A stretch of DNA of 62,661 nt, the filler included, from Sphacelaria rigidula (Eukaryota): the NCBI GenBank assembly GCA_964200075.2. It is 7 parts of 7 records of this genome, joined end to end, with 100 filler letters (N's around TTAATTAATTAA, not from the genome) between each part and the next. Parts side by side here need not be neighbours in the genome. Positions count along the whole stretch, not along the records: positions 17,935 to 26,800 come from CAXNAA020009897.1; positions 26,901 to 35,766 come from CAXNAA020009898.1; positions 35,867 to 44,731 come from CAXNAA020009899.1; 4 more parts are not named here. One strand, given 5' to 3'. Shown in pieces: positions 24,708 through 37,691 of this stretch. The notes beneath the pieces were generated by a model. That model searched no databases. It saw only the letters and a list, made by a program, of their open reading frames with translations, and was not told the DNA's origin. A program made the position numbers and the translations under genes. Positions within the stretch are counted from its first letter, which is position 1; the number at the start of each line of letters is the position of its first letter.

Positions 24708-25481
24708 CTCCCCCCCCCCCCGCGCGCGCTGTGATACACTCTGTAACAAACACTAGGTACTACACACTAGGGCGACAAGCAGGCAACAGAGCCGCTTGGA
24801 GCAAACCGGTTGTGCTTGCACTGCGATCGTGAAATATCAACATCAATCGAGAATGAGGTATCGCGGCGATCTCCAGCACTGGTATGAAAGTCCCGCTAGG
24901 CAGAGAAATGAATGCCAAGTACTCGAGCTCGGTTGGTATTGGAAATGGTGTATCTACGTACAGCAACGCCGTGTCTCCCATTGTATTCCTGTCGTGTAAT
25001 TTTTCGGTAAGCTATCTCTGTTCTTTTTTGTTCAACGCGAGTTTTATTCACGGCCATTGTTGTTTGTCACCCTGTCAGCTCCTCCTTCTCGGGACGCGTC
25101 CGCAGGCCACAGGATTACCAGAATAGATTCATGTCGCAACAAGCCATCACACAAACGTCGGAGTTTGGGTTTTCCTGACCGGATCCAGGAACGTTCTTCT
25201 GGAACCTATATTTGGTCACCTCGGGCGACTGCCGGTTCCGCCACTAGAGACTCGTCATGAACCAAGAAGAAAAGTCGTCTGGTTGAAATTGCACCCTCTC
25301 CTCAATCTCACCCATGTCCTTCGAACACAAGAACTAACGCACAGGTGTGTTGCGGTGGCTCACGTCTGCGCCCTACGAACACATCACCCGGCAAGCGGCG
25401 GGGCAGCACATGTAGGTTCAGTCGTGCCCGTTTTCTAGGAAAAGGAAGGCCTCCTCTGAAACGACTTTTTCCTTCACTCAC

Positions 25482-25720
25482 CTCGTGCGATTCACCTGGG
25501 CCTCGACCTCCTCGGCATTCTTTTCCCTGCCCTCCTCGCCCCCGTCCCTCCCCTCCTTACCCGTCATCCTTTCCAGCCCAATCGCTTCCTCGTCATCTTC
25601 ATCTGTCTGCGGCCAGAGCACGGTGACTCTTTCAGACTGCGCCGCGGCTGGGGAGGGGCCTTGCTCCACTACCATCCGAAGCACTGCTTCTGATAGCGGC
25701 AACCATCTCTTCATCACCGA
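25482..25720 (-). CDS. EFL1: EFL1/Ria1 exon (end of G domain)
   Basis: SVMKRWLPLSEAVLRMVVEQGPSPAAAQSERVTVLWP, the EF-2-family WLP...PSP..AQ..R motif; AG/GTGAGT boundaries. Confidence 0.88.
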
Positions 25721-26800
25721 CTGCCGAGGTCGCGGGGAGGGGGGACGGGGGACGGGGGGTAAGGGGAGGGGAGGGGGTTTCACACTGCACACACTCAAAT
25801 GTATTGATGACTGTTAGGAGTGTTGAACTTGAAGTGGCTCTCGTAGTTTTCTTGGTCCCCTATGCTACTTTGTCCAACGCATTTTCATATATGGTTGCTT
25901 CTCATAGTATACTCTGTGGCAGTCGATGCGGAAACAGTCGGGAGTGTAGATGGACTTGTTATTCTGTACTACTACTTTGCCAAGCACACTTTGAATGGTC
26001 AGTATCCTTCATTTTTCACCCCTGTAGGAGTAACTGCGCAAACAATCGTGAGCGACGACATGGGGAGCGTCTACTCTTGTAGTGGTTACAGTCCAAACGT
26101 TGCTCGCACGCGAGAACTAATGCTGCCGCTGACCGTGCAATCGGCACTGTGTTTGCCCCCACAGCACTCGTCTGGTGGCTGTGTCTCCGACACACCTACA
26201 GCACAGTCCCACCGACGAGAACCGTGCTTTGGCTGCCTCCCCAGGCCGCGATGGCCCAGATGACCACCTCATGACAGTAGTGGCAAGCGATGTAGCAACA
26301 TACAGGGTGCTTGCTGCAGGCTAAGCATTTCCAGATCACGCCGTTACTGCTTCGTCCTCATGCCGCGGACAAGTGCAGGCTACGATGGACGGTGCGCAAG
26401 CAGTACTACGATAGCTACTCGTGCTTATACAATGTTCTGCCAACAGGCGGCGTGGCTATTGCACTATGAAAGTGCGAGCTGCATTATATTGTGACCGGCA
26501 AATGTGTACGAACTAAATATCGCGTTAAACCTATTGTTTCCTCGGTGATTTCCCGTGGTATTAGCCATCACCCGCCAGCGAACACCGTTGGACGATCTCT
26601 TTTCGGGCAGCGGTTGCTCAAGGGCAACACAACATACAAAAATTGTATGACCAGACTACAGTCGTGAAATTCTAGCGCGAGATCTACTTCGACCTCAACC
26701 CCCTCGCACACCCGACTGCCATCGAACCCTGATTGTTCCATTACTCTAATACCTACCCAAGAGAAGACGGGTGCACACGCGGAGGGGTGGGGGGTGGGGG

Positions 26801-26900
26801 NNNNNNNNNNNNNNNNNNNNNNNNNNNNNNNNNNNNNNNNNNNNTTAATTAATTAANNNNNNNNNNNNNNNNNNNNNNNNNNNNNNNNNNNNNNNNNNNN
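26801..26900. other. Artificial contig linker
   Basis: N44-TTAATTAATTAA-N44. Confidence 0.98.
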
Positions 26901-27209
26901 CTCTTTTCCAGCTCATTTGCCGTTCACGGTCGCCACAACGACCACGCCCCTTTCTCCCCGGAGATGGTTCCCGAGTCTCTCCGCATCGACAAAATAACTG
27001 GACTCACAACCCACAACGCGTCGGTCTTTTGTGATACCGAGGTTTGTGAAACACCTTACTGTTCTGATCTCGGGGCTGATGTCACCGTCAAGCTAGGCTC
27101 TTCCGTTTCGAACGGGCGGTTGTCACCTCATCGATGGTTGGTTCAAGCAACGGATACAGTACTCGCGGTCAGGCATGAACTGCAATCCATACTGCTTGAT
27201 ACATCACAT

Positions 27210-27418
27210 GTACGTCACCTAATGCGCAACCCACCCGAAAAACAGTTTATATCTGCACCTTGAAATAGATTGGATGAAACTTTCGGTCTTCGTCATACCC
27301 CTGCGGTTACATACGTGGATTTTCAGCAACATGAAGGCTCTGTTTGGTGCAGACGCCAGACACGTCATTTCTCACCAGCCTCATTGGTCGTTCTGGAGGC
27401 CCGGTCCCAAAAGCTTCA
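27210..27418 (+). mobile_element. piggyBac right-end fragment
   Basis: ATTGGATGAAACTTTCGG...CAGCCTCATTGGTCGTTCTGGAGGCCCGGTC shared with about 6737-6871. Confidence 0.75.
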
Positions 27419-27776
27419 ATAGGAGAATCCACAAGTGGTCATGTCTGCTTTGGAAAGCCATTGACTAAATCATTCATTTGATATGGCTTATGTACGGTGG
27501 CTCGTCACTCCATATGGATTAACAACAGTAGACTGTCTCACAAGTACATTGATTTTCGCCTCCTTGTAAAACTCAAGATATTGCAAATTACGGTCGAACT
27601 CGTTCGACCTTGAATGGGTCTCATGAGCTCGGAACACTGCCCCACGTGTCACAACAACAATCCTTGTTTCGGATCAGTATCCTCAAGCCGCAATGATTTT
27701 TAACAGCACCGCCTGGTGCCATGAATCATGTAGACCTAAAAAGAACACTCCTCGTAGTCTTGCTCTTCAGGGTATA

Positions 27777-28395
27777 CTTCCTCTGTCACATAAGTTAAGA
27801 CCGAATTTCGGCGCAGATCGTATCTTTTCAACGGAGGCGCCCACGATGCTATAATTAGTTTCATCGAGAAGATAGTTTTTACAGCTAACTGATGCAAAAA
27901 AAAAAAAAGATTTGCGATTTTATTACATCTCAAATTATCGGCCAAAAAGTCCCCAAAATTGGCCAATTTCGGCTACATTTCGAGAATGTTTTCGATAACG
28001 TTTTTGAGAATTTATTGTAGAGCACCCCGGGGTATCCGCGCGGCAGAGGGCGGGAACGTTCGAAAGGATAGTCACGTACGACAAGGAGGCCTTCACAAAG
28101 GCTTGGGACTATCTGGCATCAAGCACGAGTGATGGAGAGGATGATTTTTTTCCCATGTTTTTTTCCTTTTTCGGCACTTTTTTGTTTGAGGAAAAGGGGT
28201 AAAAAACGGCTTTTTTTGGACCGACATTTTTTTTTCTGGCCGCCACTCCACCTGGAAAGATGCGAATTGAAAAAAAACAAACATTGTACTTGACTAAAAA
28301 AACGCCAAGAATTCAATAAAAGAAACGAAAACAGCATCGAAGACCGTTAAGGACGTCTGTGAAAAATTCGATCCTGACTTATGTGACAGAGGAAG
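27777..28395. mobile_element. Stowaway-like Tc1/mariner MITE
   Basis: TA-CTTCCTCTGTCACATAAGT ... ACTTATGTGACAGAGGAAG-TA, a perfect 19-bp TIR. Confidence 0.85.
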
Positions 28396-28535
28396 TAGGC
28401 CACAAGATCGCACAGATTTATAGCCATTGACGTTTACCCGTTTTGGTCAGTTCACCCGTTTCGGCCAAACAAATCGTTTCTAGATGCAATTTGGTTCACG
28501 GGGACCACTCCTACTACACTCATCCTCAAACCTTC

Positions 28536-28860
28536 CACGCGTTGGACGAGCACGAGTATGACTCATTGCACTCGCATTCGTTGGACTGCTTGTTGACCGG
28601 TTTTGGAGGCCCGCGAGCACTTTCCTCGTTGTGGGAAAATTATTAGGGTGAGCACTCGAGTCACTGCTCGTTGTGGGAAAGTAAACAGGCCGAGCAATCG
28701 AGTCATTGCTCGCCGTGGAAATAACAACAGGGCGAGCACTCGAGTCGCCGCTGTTTGTGAGAAAAACCACTAGGACGAGCACTCCAGTCATGCTCGTTGT
28801 GTTTCCAAAAGCATCAACGATTGTACTCGTCTCGACGAGTAATGACTCATCCGACGTGTG
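28536..28860. mobile_element. Second copy of the CACACGTCGG-TIR MITE (opposite orientation, no piggyBac insert)
   Basis: CACGCGTTGGACGAG ... CTCATCCGACGTGTG; TSD AAACCTTC/AAAACTTC. Confidence 0.75.
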
Positions 28861-29649
28861 AAAACTTCCCGCAGGGTCTAGAGGCGGATTCTGAAAAATC
28901 GTACATGTGCACTTCGAGTCACCACGTAGCTTGCCGTCGATAGTGTGTTTCAATTTCCTTCCTTTCGCCGGTTTCCAGGGTTCCTCGGGTGATGGGAGAT
29001 GTTGGGCGATCACATGACGTTCTGAGACTCCCGATAACAGGCAAATGCAAAAGTCGGAGAATCTCGTCGTCAGAAGGTCGTAATGACGTGAAGTACATGT
29101 GTCCAATTTTCAGAGTCCAAGTCCAAAACCCTCTGTGAACGAGCGGAGCAACTTCGGAAGTTGTCGACAATCTATTTCTTTTCCTTATGGAGCACCAATA
29201 CCTAACGAACTGCCAAGTTTGAGGGTGATCAGAGCATCGTTGCGACATATGCAAGCGAAAGCATCATGAGGCTTTTCATCAGCAGAAATCCGACGACGGT
29301 ATAACCACACATCACAGAGATGTGACGGGTTCGAGTACTCGATCCCGTAGTTACCGTTTCCGGATGTATTTTTTCCATTGATATTCCGAAGCTGATGGTT
29401 GATGCTACGAACTGGAGCACGTGAATAGTAAGTAAAAATTGGATCTCATTTATGTACTTGCTGTTTTATATGTCGCACTCCAACCCCCCACTCCCCCCCA
29501 ACGTGCTCGGGACGAGCCTGTGGCCTCAGGAGTTCAACTCATTCCTCCCTAGTGCACGCCTTGCATTGAACAAAACTCCGGCCATGTCACTCTCTTCATT
29601 TGTCCATGGACAGTATGATGCCATGTACGCAAATGTCCGATGAGGGCTG

Positions 29650-31400
29650 CGAAATAGATCTGCTGAGGAGTGTATTTGGGGTGTCAATCTTGAATCGGCC
29701 TGTACGACTTGTCCTATGCACTAGTCCTGGCTAACCACCAAACATTTGTTTTGTTCTTCAATGTGGGTTTGTTCACATGGTGCGAGCGAGTCGCCAACCA
29801 CAGGTTTCCCTGTGCTCTCTGTTTGACAGTGATGGTTGTAATGATGAATGTGCACGTGGCAGCGCGTGTTTTATCTAGCATGTGTCCGGGAGCATACTCA
29901 CCCACCGACATTCCCCCCACCCACAGACACAGTATTTCCGTAAGAGCAGCTGGAACATGTCTTGCGACAGAAGCCACGTGGAAAGAGTAGTCAGCGATCA
30001 AGAATGCAACAGTCGTAGATCCGGACAAATTGAGAAATATCTCCTGGACATTCCAACACCAGTATGCGGGACTACTGTAATAGTCGTCGGAAGGTACCAC
30101 CTTCACCATGTAGCCGTGGTTCTTGAACGGAGTCATCGATAGACAGCAAGTGGGACTGGGTATATGTTCACAGCCTTTTGAAAGTATGATGTACTTTATC
30201 GGAACGCAAAGTACGTACACGGCACATGTGATTGTAGCCGTGCATGGACCCCGCCCTTGTGATGGGGGCACATCGCACATAAGGGTTTGAGGTTTTCACA
30301 GTCAAACCTTGTTTACTGTATGTGCCATTGTCAGGCACCTGGCAAAAACAAAAAGTCATACAATGCGTGATGGACAGGTTTTCATATGGACAGCATTTCA
30401 TGCGTATCTTTCTCACGCGTCTACGTTCCTGAAGCGGTGCAGCAACGGTCCTGTGAGATGTTCACTTTTGCCGTCCGGTTAACAGACGATCACTCGAGAC
30501 GTGTGCCCGCCTGAGGGATGGTCACGTGAGAGCTTGCCATGCGCGTCACATGGATTCACTATTTTCATGCAGTTCGATGTCTCATTGAGCACCCTCGAAA
30601 TTCGCTCAAGTGGATGTGCCCAGACGAAGCAAAGCGTTATGTTGTTGGCGACGGAACATTACAGTACACAGGTTAGCACACGCAGGAAAGCGTTGGCAAG
30701 CGTCTCTGCAAACGATTGTGTTTGATCGAAATGTCCTTGCGAGTGCACGCCATTTAGTGTACCGAGAGTATGCGTACCACCATTCCCCCCTCAAGTCAAG
30801 GCCCTGAAACACCATGTACCGGTCGTGCTGCGAGTGGGCATTTTTCGGCCTTGAAGACACAGCTGCTATGGACCACATATGAACGAAATGGAGGGTAAAT
30901 TGTTGTGTTTTGCCTGACCGTGGGTCCGGATTTGCGATTTTTCACGGGAGAACCACACCATTGTCAAGCGTGCGCTGGCGCACTGCTGGTCGATTCCATG
31001 CACACCTTTGCACATGACATGCTTGGCGCACACGTGAAGAGTGCTTGGAGGGTAATGGGATGTTCGTCTGACTAGGATGATGGAGAAGGCAAGTGCAGCA
31101 TGTCACAGGAATTTGGAATGGAATCAGATGTCACAGTAACAGTAGATAAACGGCAGGTTTTTTAATCTGCTTGGGCACTTTCTTCGTCAACTGGCACCAG
31201 ACAACACATGCTGACCTCGAAGTACCACCACGACAAGAACCCACGCGTTGGCCACGACAGGACATGAAACACCTCCTCACTTGAGAGCGCATGTGCCGCA
31301 CATATGTACAATACCTGGTTTCTTCCGAACGTCTGTGCCCAACTAACGTAGCATACCCATTTATGTAGCACTCATTTTCGCGAGATGTAAAATACGTGTT
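29650..31400 (-). pseudogene. Heavily degenerate coding relic, possibly a KDZ (Kyakuja-Dileera-Zisupton)-type transposase
   Basis: Broken frames include TIVCRDACQRF, GSMHGYNHMC (HxxxHxC-like) and a Cys-rich upstream part; recalled motif similarity only. Confidence 0.3.
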
Positions 31401-31619
31401 CATTCAAGAGAGCCTGTGTTCGATGCACGTGGAAACGTACTTCCTCTGATCGCCAATTTAAGCAAGGTAGGGAAATTCGTAATTTAAACAAGGTTTGTAC
31501 TATATACTCCATGTAGGCACTGTTGGACGTCGGGTGAACTCTGTATGTATCACCGAATAAGGGAAGGAAACAGAAACATTCAAAACGGGCGGGGATGATT
31601 CGTTATCAACCCCTGGTTG

Positions 31620-31646
31620 CCTAACCCTAACCCTAACCCTAACCCC
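31620..31646 (+). repeat. Interstitial telomere-type (CCCTAA)~4 repeat
   Basis: CCTAACCCTAACCCTAACCCTAACCCC. Confidence 0.8.
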
Positions 31647-33926
31647 AACACGAAGGTGCCAGCAAGGAGGTACCGAATCACTTTCTCTTGCCCAGACTTG
31701 TTGAGATTGTTGCGCTCTGGTCCTTGGACTGCACACCCAGCAACAGGCATGCCTCATCGCACGATGGGAAGGGGTGGTGATGTCGAGCTACTTCTGGTGG
31801 AGTAAGATAACCCTTTTTCGGAGGGAAATATGGAAACATCGGTTCTAGTTGTTCTGAATGAACGCGGAGAAACCGTGAAAGAGAACAGTTCGCAAAAACA
31901 CTATCCTGGAGTCGAGTTAGACCGCGTGTTGTCCTTACCTTCGTGATATTCGCGATCAGAGGGAGTACATGTTTACCGTACGATGTGTGCCCGACACAGG
32001 CTGGATGACACCTCAATAGGCCAAATCGTACGTCCAACAATGTAGATATTGTAGTAGTCTAGAAGATATTTTCCCAACGTTTAATCAGATATCAGTGCGT
32101 TTCGAATATTTTACACTTGAACACGGCAGTTTATAGGTGAGGGGTGGTTCTCATTTGGGGGATGGACAACGTCAAACGTTGGACCGAAACATGCAAAACC
32201 TATTTCGGGGTATCCGTACGAACTGACAGGTATTGTAAGCGGGTTGTTAGTTGCACGTTGGATTGAAATCTACCCAGACATGGAACAGAATCCAATCCTA
32301 TATATTTTTATGTACATGCGTGATCTCATAACCTCCAGTAGTTTTCATGGGCCCCACGACGTCCCGAGCAGATCCAACGGCGAGTTACGATTGGAAAAAA
32401 ACGAATCCAGAAACAAAACGCACTCACCCTAAAAACCATCGTTACACGGATGCAAGGGACGTTATGCATTCGTGCCATCCGGTCGGATCGCAAGTACAAC
32501 CGATGTCCTCCCACGGACACTTTTCATTGACTACCTCGACGTGGTCTCAGGCTTCCCATATCTTACTGTCAATACCCACCATGGAGGTTGCTTCCGCGGC
32601 CCGGCACTGGCTCGCGTCGCTGCCCCCGCCGCCGCCCCTGAACGCCCTCCGAAACCTCGGGCGACTATCCGACAAGTGAAGAAACAATCTTTCCAGAGAT
32701 TCGCTTTTGCACTTCCCAGTCCAACTTTTGACGATGTCCATCTCCTCAATAAATCTGTCCCCCATCTGAAGAAGTTGTCAGGCGTCTGCCGGTTTCCACA
32801 AGGGCTGTAAAGGGAAGGATGTTTACGGTGAAGATTACCGTCATGTCGGCGTCATCTGGAATATTTGCACCAATCGTGTAGAGTCGTGATGTACTCAGCC
32901 AACAGATGTGCAGTGCGCTGTACTGAAGGCCTTGTTTTATTTCCCACCACTTTCGTGGCCCGCCCAGCTTCAGACGCTTTCCTGACATGACACTTTGACC
33001 CTGGCGGCAATAAGCATGTACTACCATGCACACCATGTAGACGCGATACGAGCCGAAAATTATGACTTGGAAGTGACTAAAGCAAGCATCATGTAACCCG
33101 ACATGTGAATTCAACTGTGGTTGAAGTGGAAACTAGAACAATACATTACTGTTGGTTCCCTCGGTACCCGATATGACAAGAGAGATGAAGATCTTCAAGC
33201 ATAGGAGCAAATGTGCGCGTGTATTACGATTCGGCGGATATATATATATATATATATACGTTTTGTGCGTGTACACATACCACGTTTTGTATCGAAATTG
33301 ATACAACTTGCTTTCGACGGTCACTTGTACCGCTGTTGAGAACGAAAGACATCCCTCTTCTATTTATATGTTGTAGCCGTGAAATAGAACAGGATCGAAC
33401 CAGGCCAGTAGCTCGGAACGTGATCAGGCATCTTCGAGTTCAGGATGATTTCCTTTAAGTTTGTTGGTGTATATGATCTCCTCCAACGTTGTCAGGTATT
33501 CTGCCGGTGTAGAATAGCTTCCCAAGATGTTGGCAGGTGTTCTACAAGCCTTGAGTTGTGTAATACTGCATGTATCATGTCCGGTGAATCATGACTTGGT
33601 ATTATCCGTTCAAGCTCGTCTGCTTTCATTCACCTCTTGTATCATATTAATGCTAAATGTACTTCAGATCCATACTGCCGTGTTGGTGAGGAAGTCCCAT
33701 GCGCTTGAATTACCTTGGGAACTAGAGTTGTAGTCGTGGCGATCAGTTTATGTAAAGCGTTATTCCAGTAGGTGCAGGTAGTTCCTGTTCTTCCCGTTGA
33801 TGAACGACGATAGTGGTTTTTTCAACTCGCATTCTGCTGCAGATGACACGAGAATCCTCCGGTGTTTTGCCACTTGTACTGCCGCGAAATGTTACTTCTC
33901 TTCAGAAACACCGCGCGACAGAGCTG

Positions 33927-35766
33927 ATGGCCCGCGTGTCAAAAAGAGAGTGCATCAATGAATGCTGCTCGAAGCGGCCGAGATATGGTGTACCGGGAAG
34001 CAAGAAGGCCGAGTTCTGCTCGCAGCATGTCAGGGCGGGCATGGTTGATGTGGTGAGGAAGAAATGCGGCGACGAGGGCTGCATCAAGAACCCCTCGTAT
34101 GGTGTAGCGGGAAGCAAAAAGGTGGAGTTCTGCCCGAAGCATGCCAGGGTGGAGATGGTGGATGTGGTTGACAGGTTGTGCGGCGACAAGGGCTGCTCGA
34201 AGAAGCCGTCGTATGGTGTAGTGGGAAGCAAAGAGGCAGAGTTCTGCATCGAGCATGCCAGGGCGGGGATGGTGGATGTGGTAAACAGCACGTGCGGAGA
34301 CGAGAGCTGCTCGAAGCAGCCGTTGTATGGTGTAGCGGGAAGCAAGAAGGCCGAGTTCTGCTCCCAGCATGCCAGGGCGGCGATGGTGGATGTGGTGAGC
34401 AGGACGTGCGGCGACGAGCGCTGCTCCAGAAGGCCGTCGTATGGTGTAGCGGGAAGCAAGAAGGCGGAGTTCTGCTCTCGGCATGCCAGGGCGGGGATGG
34501 TGGATGTGGTTAACAGGACGTGCAGCGACGATGGCTGCTCGAAGCAGCCATCGTATGGGACAGCGGGAAGCAAAAACACGGAGTTCTGCTCTCAGCATGC
34601 CAGGGTGGGGATGGTGCATGTGGTGACGAAGAAATGCGGCGACGGGAGCTGCTCGAAGAAGCCGTCGTATGGTGTAGCGAGAAGCAAGAAGGCCGAGTTC
34701 TGCTCTCAGCATGCCAGGGCGGGGATGGTGAATGTGGTAAACAGGACGTGCGGCGACGAGCGCTGCTCCAGAAGACCATCGTATGGTGTAGCGGGAAGCA
34801 AGAAGGCCGAGTTCTGCTCCCAGCATGCAAGAGCGGGGATGGTGAATGTGGTGAGCAGGACGTGCGGCGACGAGGGTTGCTCGAAGCAGCCATCGTATGG
34901 TGTAGCGAGAAGCAAGAAGGCCGAGTTCTGCTCGAAGCATGCCAGGGCGGGGATGGTGCATGTGGTGACGAAGAAATGCGGAGACGAGGGCTGCTCGAAG
35001 CAGCCATCGTATGGTGTAGCGGGAAGCAAGAAGGCGGAGTTCTGCTCTCAGCATGCCAGGGCGGGGATGGTGGATGTGGTTAACAGGACGTGCGGCGACG
35101 ATGGCTGCTCGAAGCAGCCATCGTATGGGATAGCGGGAAGCAAAAACACGGAGTTCTGCTCTCAGCATGCCAGGGTGGGAATGGTGGATGTGGTGAACAG
35201 GACGTGCGGCGACGAGGGCTGCTCGAAGAAGCCGTCGTATGGTGTAGCGGGAAGCAAAAAGACGGAGTTCTGCTCTCAGCATGCCAGGGCGGGGATGGTG
35301 GATGTGGTGAGCAGGACGTGCGGCGACGAGGGCTGCTCCAGAAGACCATCGTATGGTGTAGCGGGAAGCAAGAAGGCCGAGTTCTGCTCCCAGCATGCAA
35401 GGGCGGGGATGGTGAATGTGGTGAGCAGGACGTGCGGCGACGAGGGTTGCTCGAAGAAGCCATCGTATGGTGTAGCGGGAAGCAAGAAGGCGGAGTTCTG
35501 CTCCCAGCATGCCAGGGCGGGAATGGTGAATGTGGTGACGAGGAAATGCGGCGACGAGGGCTGCTCGAAGCAGCCATCGTATGGTGTAGCGGGAAGCAAG
35601 AAGGCGGAGTTCTGCTCTCAGCATGCCAGGGCGGGAATGGTGCATGTGGTGACGAAGAAATGCGGCGACGAGCGCTGCTCGAAGAAGCCATCGTATGGTG
35701 TAGCGGGAGGCAAGAAGGCGGAGTTCTGCTCTCGGCATGCCAGGGCGGGATTAACGGCTGTGGCAG
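33927..35766 (+). CDS. EsV-1-7 cysteine-rich repeat protein, 16 tandem 38-aa repeats, 3' truncated at the contig end
   Basis: Uninterrupted ORF of units C-x4-C-SK[KQR]PSYGVAGSKKAEF-C-x2-H-ARAGMVDVV (114-bp period); ATG at 33927 is the assumed start. Confidence 0.9.
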
Positions 35767-35866
35767 NNNNNNNNNNNNNNNNNNNNNNNNNNNNNNNNNN
35801 NNNNNNNNNNTTAATTAATTAANNNNNNNNNNNNNNNNNNNNNNNNNNNNNNNNNNNNNNNNNNNN
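35767..35866. other. Artificial contig linker
   Basis: N44-TTAATTAATTAA-N44. Confidence 0.98.
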
Positions 35867-36030
35867 ATGCAGCCCACCCTTCATGCGCCTCGCCGAACAC
35901 ACCGCGGCGCTTCGCGCTTGGTGATTGAGTGCGAGCCGGGTTCGGTGAAACCTGGCATGCTCCGTCCCGGCTTTGTATGGATGCGAGGTCAATCGACATA
36001 TGACTATGGCACGCATGATCATTAGTACAC
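35867..36030 (+). mobile_element. Family A retroelement 3' end
   Basis: ...ATGACTATGGCACGCATGATCATTAGTACA + C-run. Confidence 0.8.
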
Positions 36031-36147
36031 CCCCCCCCCCCAGCTGGTGATGTAAAATATAATGGTACAAGTGAAACCAGTTATGGAACAAGAAGGCGGG
36101 GTCAAATATCGGCAGATTCATTCATTCGGGAGGAGGGGGGGGGGAGG

Positions 36148-36545
36148 CGTACTCATCCGTTGCTTGCCTTAGTCGTTGCATCATTGACCACGCATCTCTT
36201 TCGAGACGGAGGGGGGGGGGGTTGCTCTGAAGTACTGTATCTGATGTCCGTCCTTCGAACCTCGAGGACGTGAGTAGCAATGACTGCTTCACGAGACTTA
36301 ATTCTACGCGGTGCGCGGGAGTGCTGGTGCAATCCACCATGCCGGAATATAGGGGGTATACCCCCTGGGAGAGAGATTGTCTGATTCCTTCAGAACATGG
36401 ACTCGTTCCGAGGAAGGCGAGGGGGTGAGCGTGTGACAAAAACAACAACAACAACAACAACAACAACAAAAGGGGGGGGGGGCGTACTCATTTGTTGCTT
36501 GCCTTAGTCGTGTGACCATTGACTACGCATCCCTTTCGAGACAGG
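36148..36545 (-). mobile_element. Two roughly 60-bp family B LINE 3' tips (36148-36210, 36483-36545) inserted at G-runs
   Basis: CGTACTCAT..GTTGCTTGCCTTAGTCGT..CATTGAC.ACGCATC.CTTTCGAGAC, each adjacent to G-runs; (CAA)n at about 36443-36469. Confidence 0.75.
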
Positions 36546-37691
36546 GGAGACAGGGCGGGATTCATCAGTTATACAAACATGAAGAAGTACGGAAAACGAT
36601 TCGTGAAAACTGCCTCATGGACTGAGATCCCCGAGAAATAGAGGCTGGGCCGCCTAAGAAGCGGATTTTCCTTCAGCCGATTCTGACTGACAATCTATCG
36701 CGAGTTGTGCTTACTGTGACACATCGTGGTAATCTGCATACCAACACGCGTCTTTCACTTCACGTAGCACTGCGATCTGACAAGTAACGAAATACCAAAC
36801 GGCAGTCAGCTGTCAGCTGCAACGTGTAGAGAGTTGAGGGTGGCATGTGCGGCGGAATTAGGGGGAGGAAACGGCTGAAATGGCATTTACGGTTACAGTC
36901 AGTTGTGCCGCGGCCGCAAAATGATGGTGCTGCACGAGTTGTGGTTGAGCAAGGCATGACGTACTGTAGGCGCGCAGTGTCTGAGATGGCATGCAGACGA
37001 GACCTCCAGCGCGCCAAGGTGTCGCACTTGTAGAAAACGTTCAAGTCCCGGCTGAGGTTTTTGTACTCTAAAAGCAAGTAAATCGGTTCTCGACGGGAAA
37101 ACGCGATTTCACTGCTCAATTTGAAGTTGTTCATGAAATTTTGACACGATTTACATAGGGTGTATGTGGAGCCCCTACTGTTGCGCCTCGTCTTGGTTTT
37201 TTTTCCTCGTATGTTATTGGTGATCCAATTTTCGGAACATTTTGACACGATGTACAGGATGTATGTGCAAATACGCCCCCATTTGCCCCGTACATTTACC
37301 TTTCCATCTCCGTGAGACATCGGCTACCAAACATTTCAGAAGAGTTTTTTCGGAACAGAATCGTGAAAAACCAAGAAAAACCAAGAAAAAAGGAAAAATG
37401 TATGGGGCAGATGGGGCCGTCTTTGCACATACGTCCTGAACATTGTGTCAAATTTAATGGAAAATGACCCAAATTTCAGATCCCTGTCCGCGTCTTGGGC
37501 GGCCCAGCCTGTACCTTCCACGTGATTCAACCAACAAACGGCTCTGTTTGACAAACACGAGGCGGGGGTGGCTGCCTGGACTTCAGCGGAGGAGCACAGG
37601 CACGGCATGCTTTGAATATCAGGAAAGCATCACTGCTGCAGTACAGCGAACACTCGATTGACGCCCTTGATAGGGTACAATGATTCGACAG

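Noticed and set aside
33902-35818. Long antisense and alternative-frame ORFs (599 aa and others)
   Set aside because: Shadows of the GC-rich 114-bp tandem repeat of the EsV-1-7 ORF
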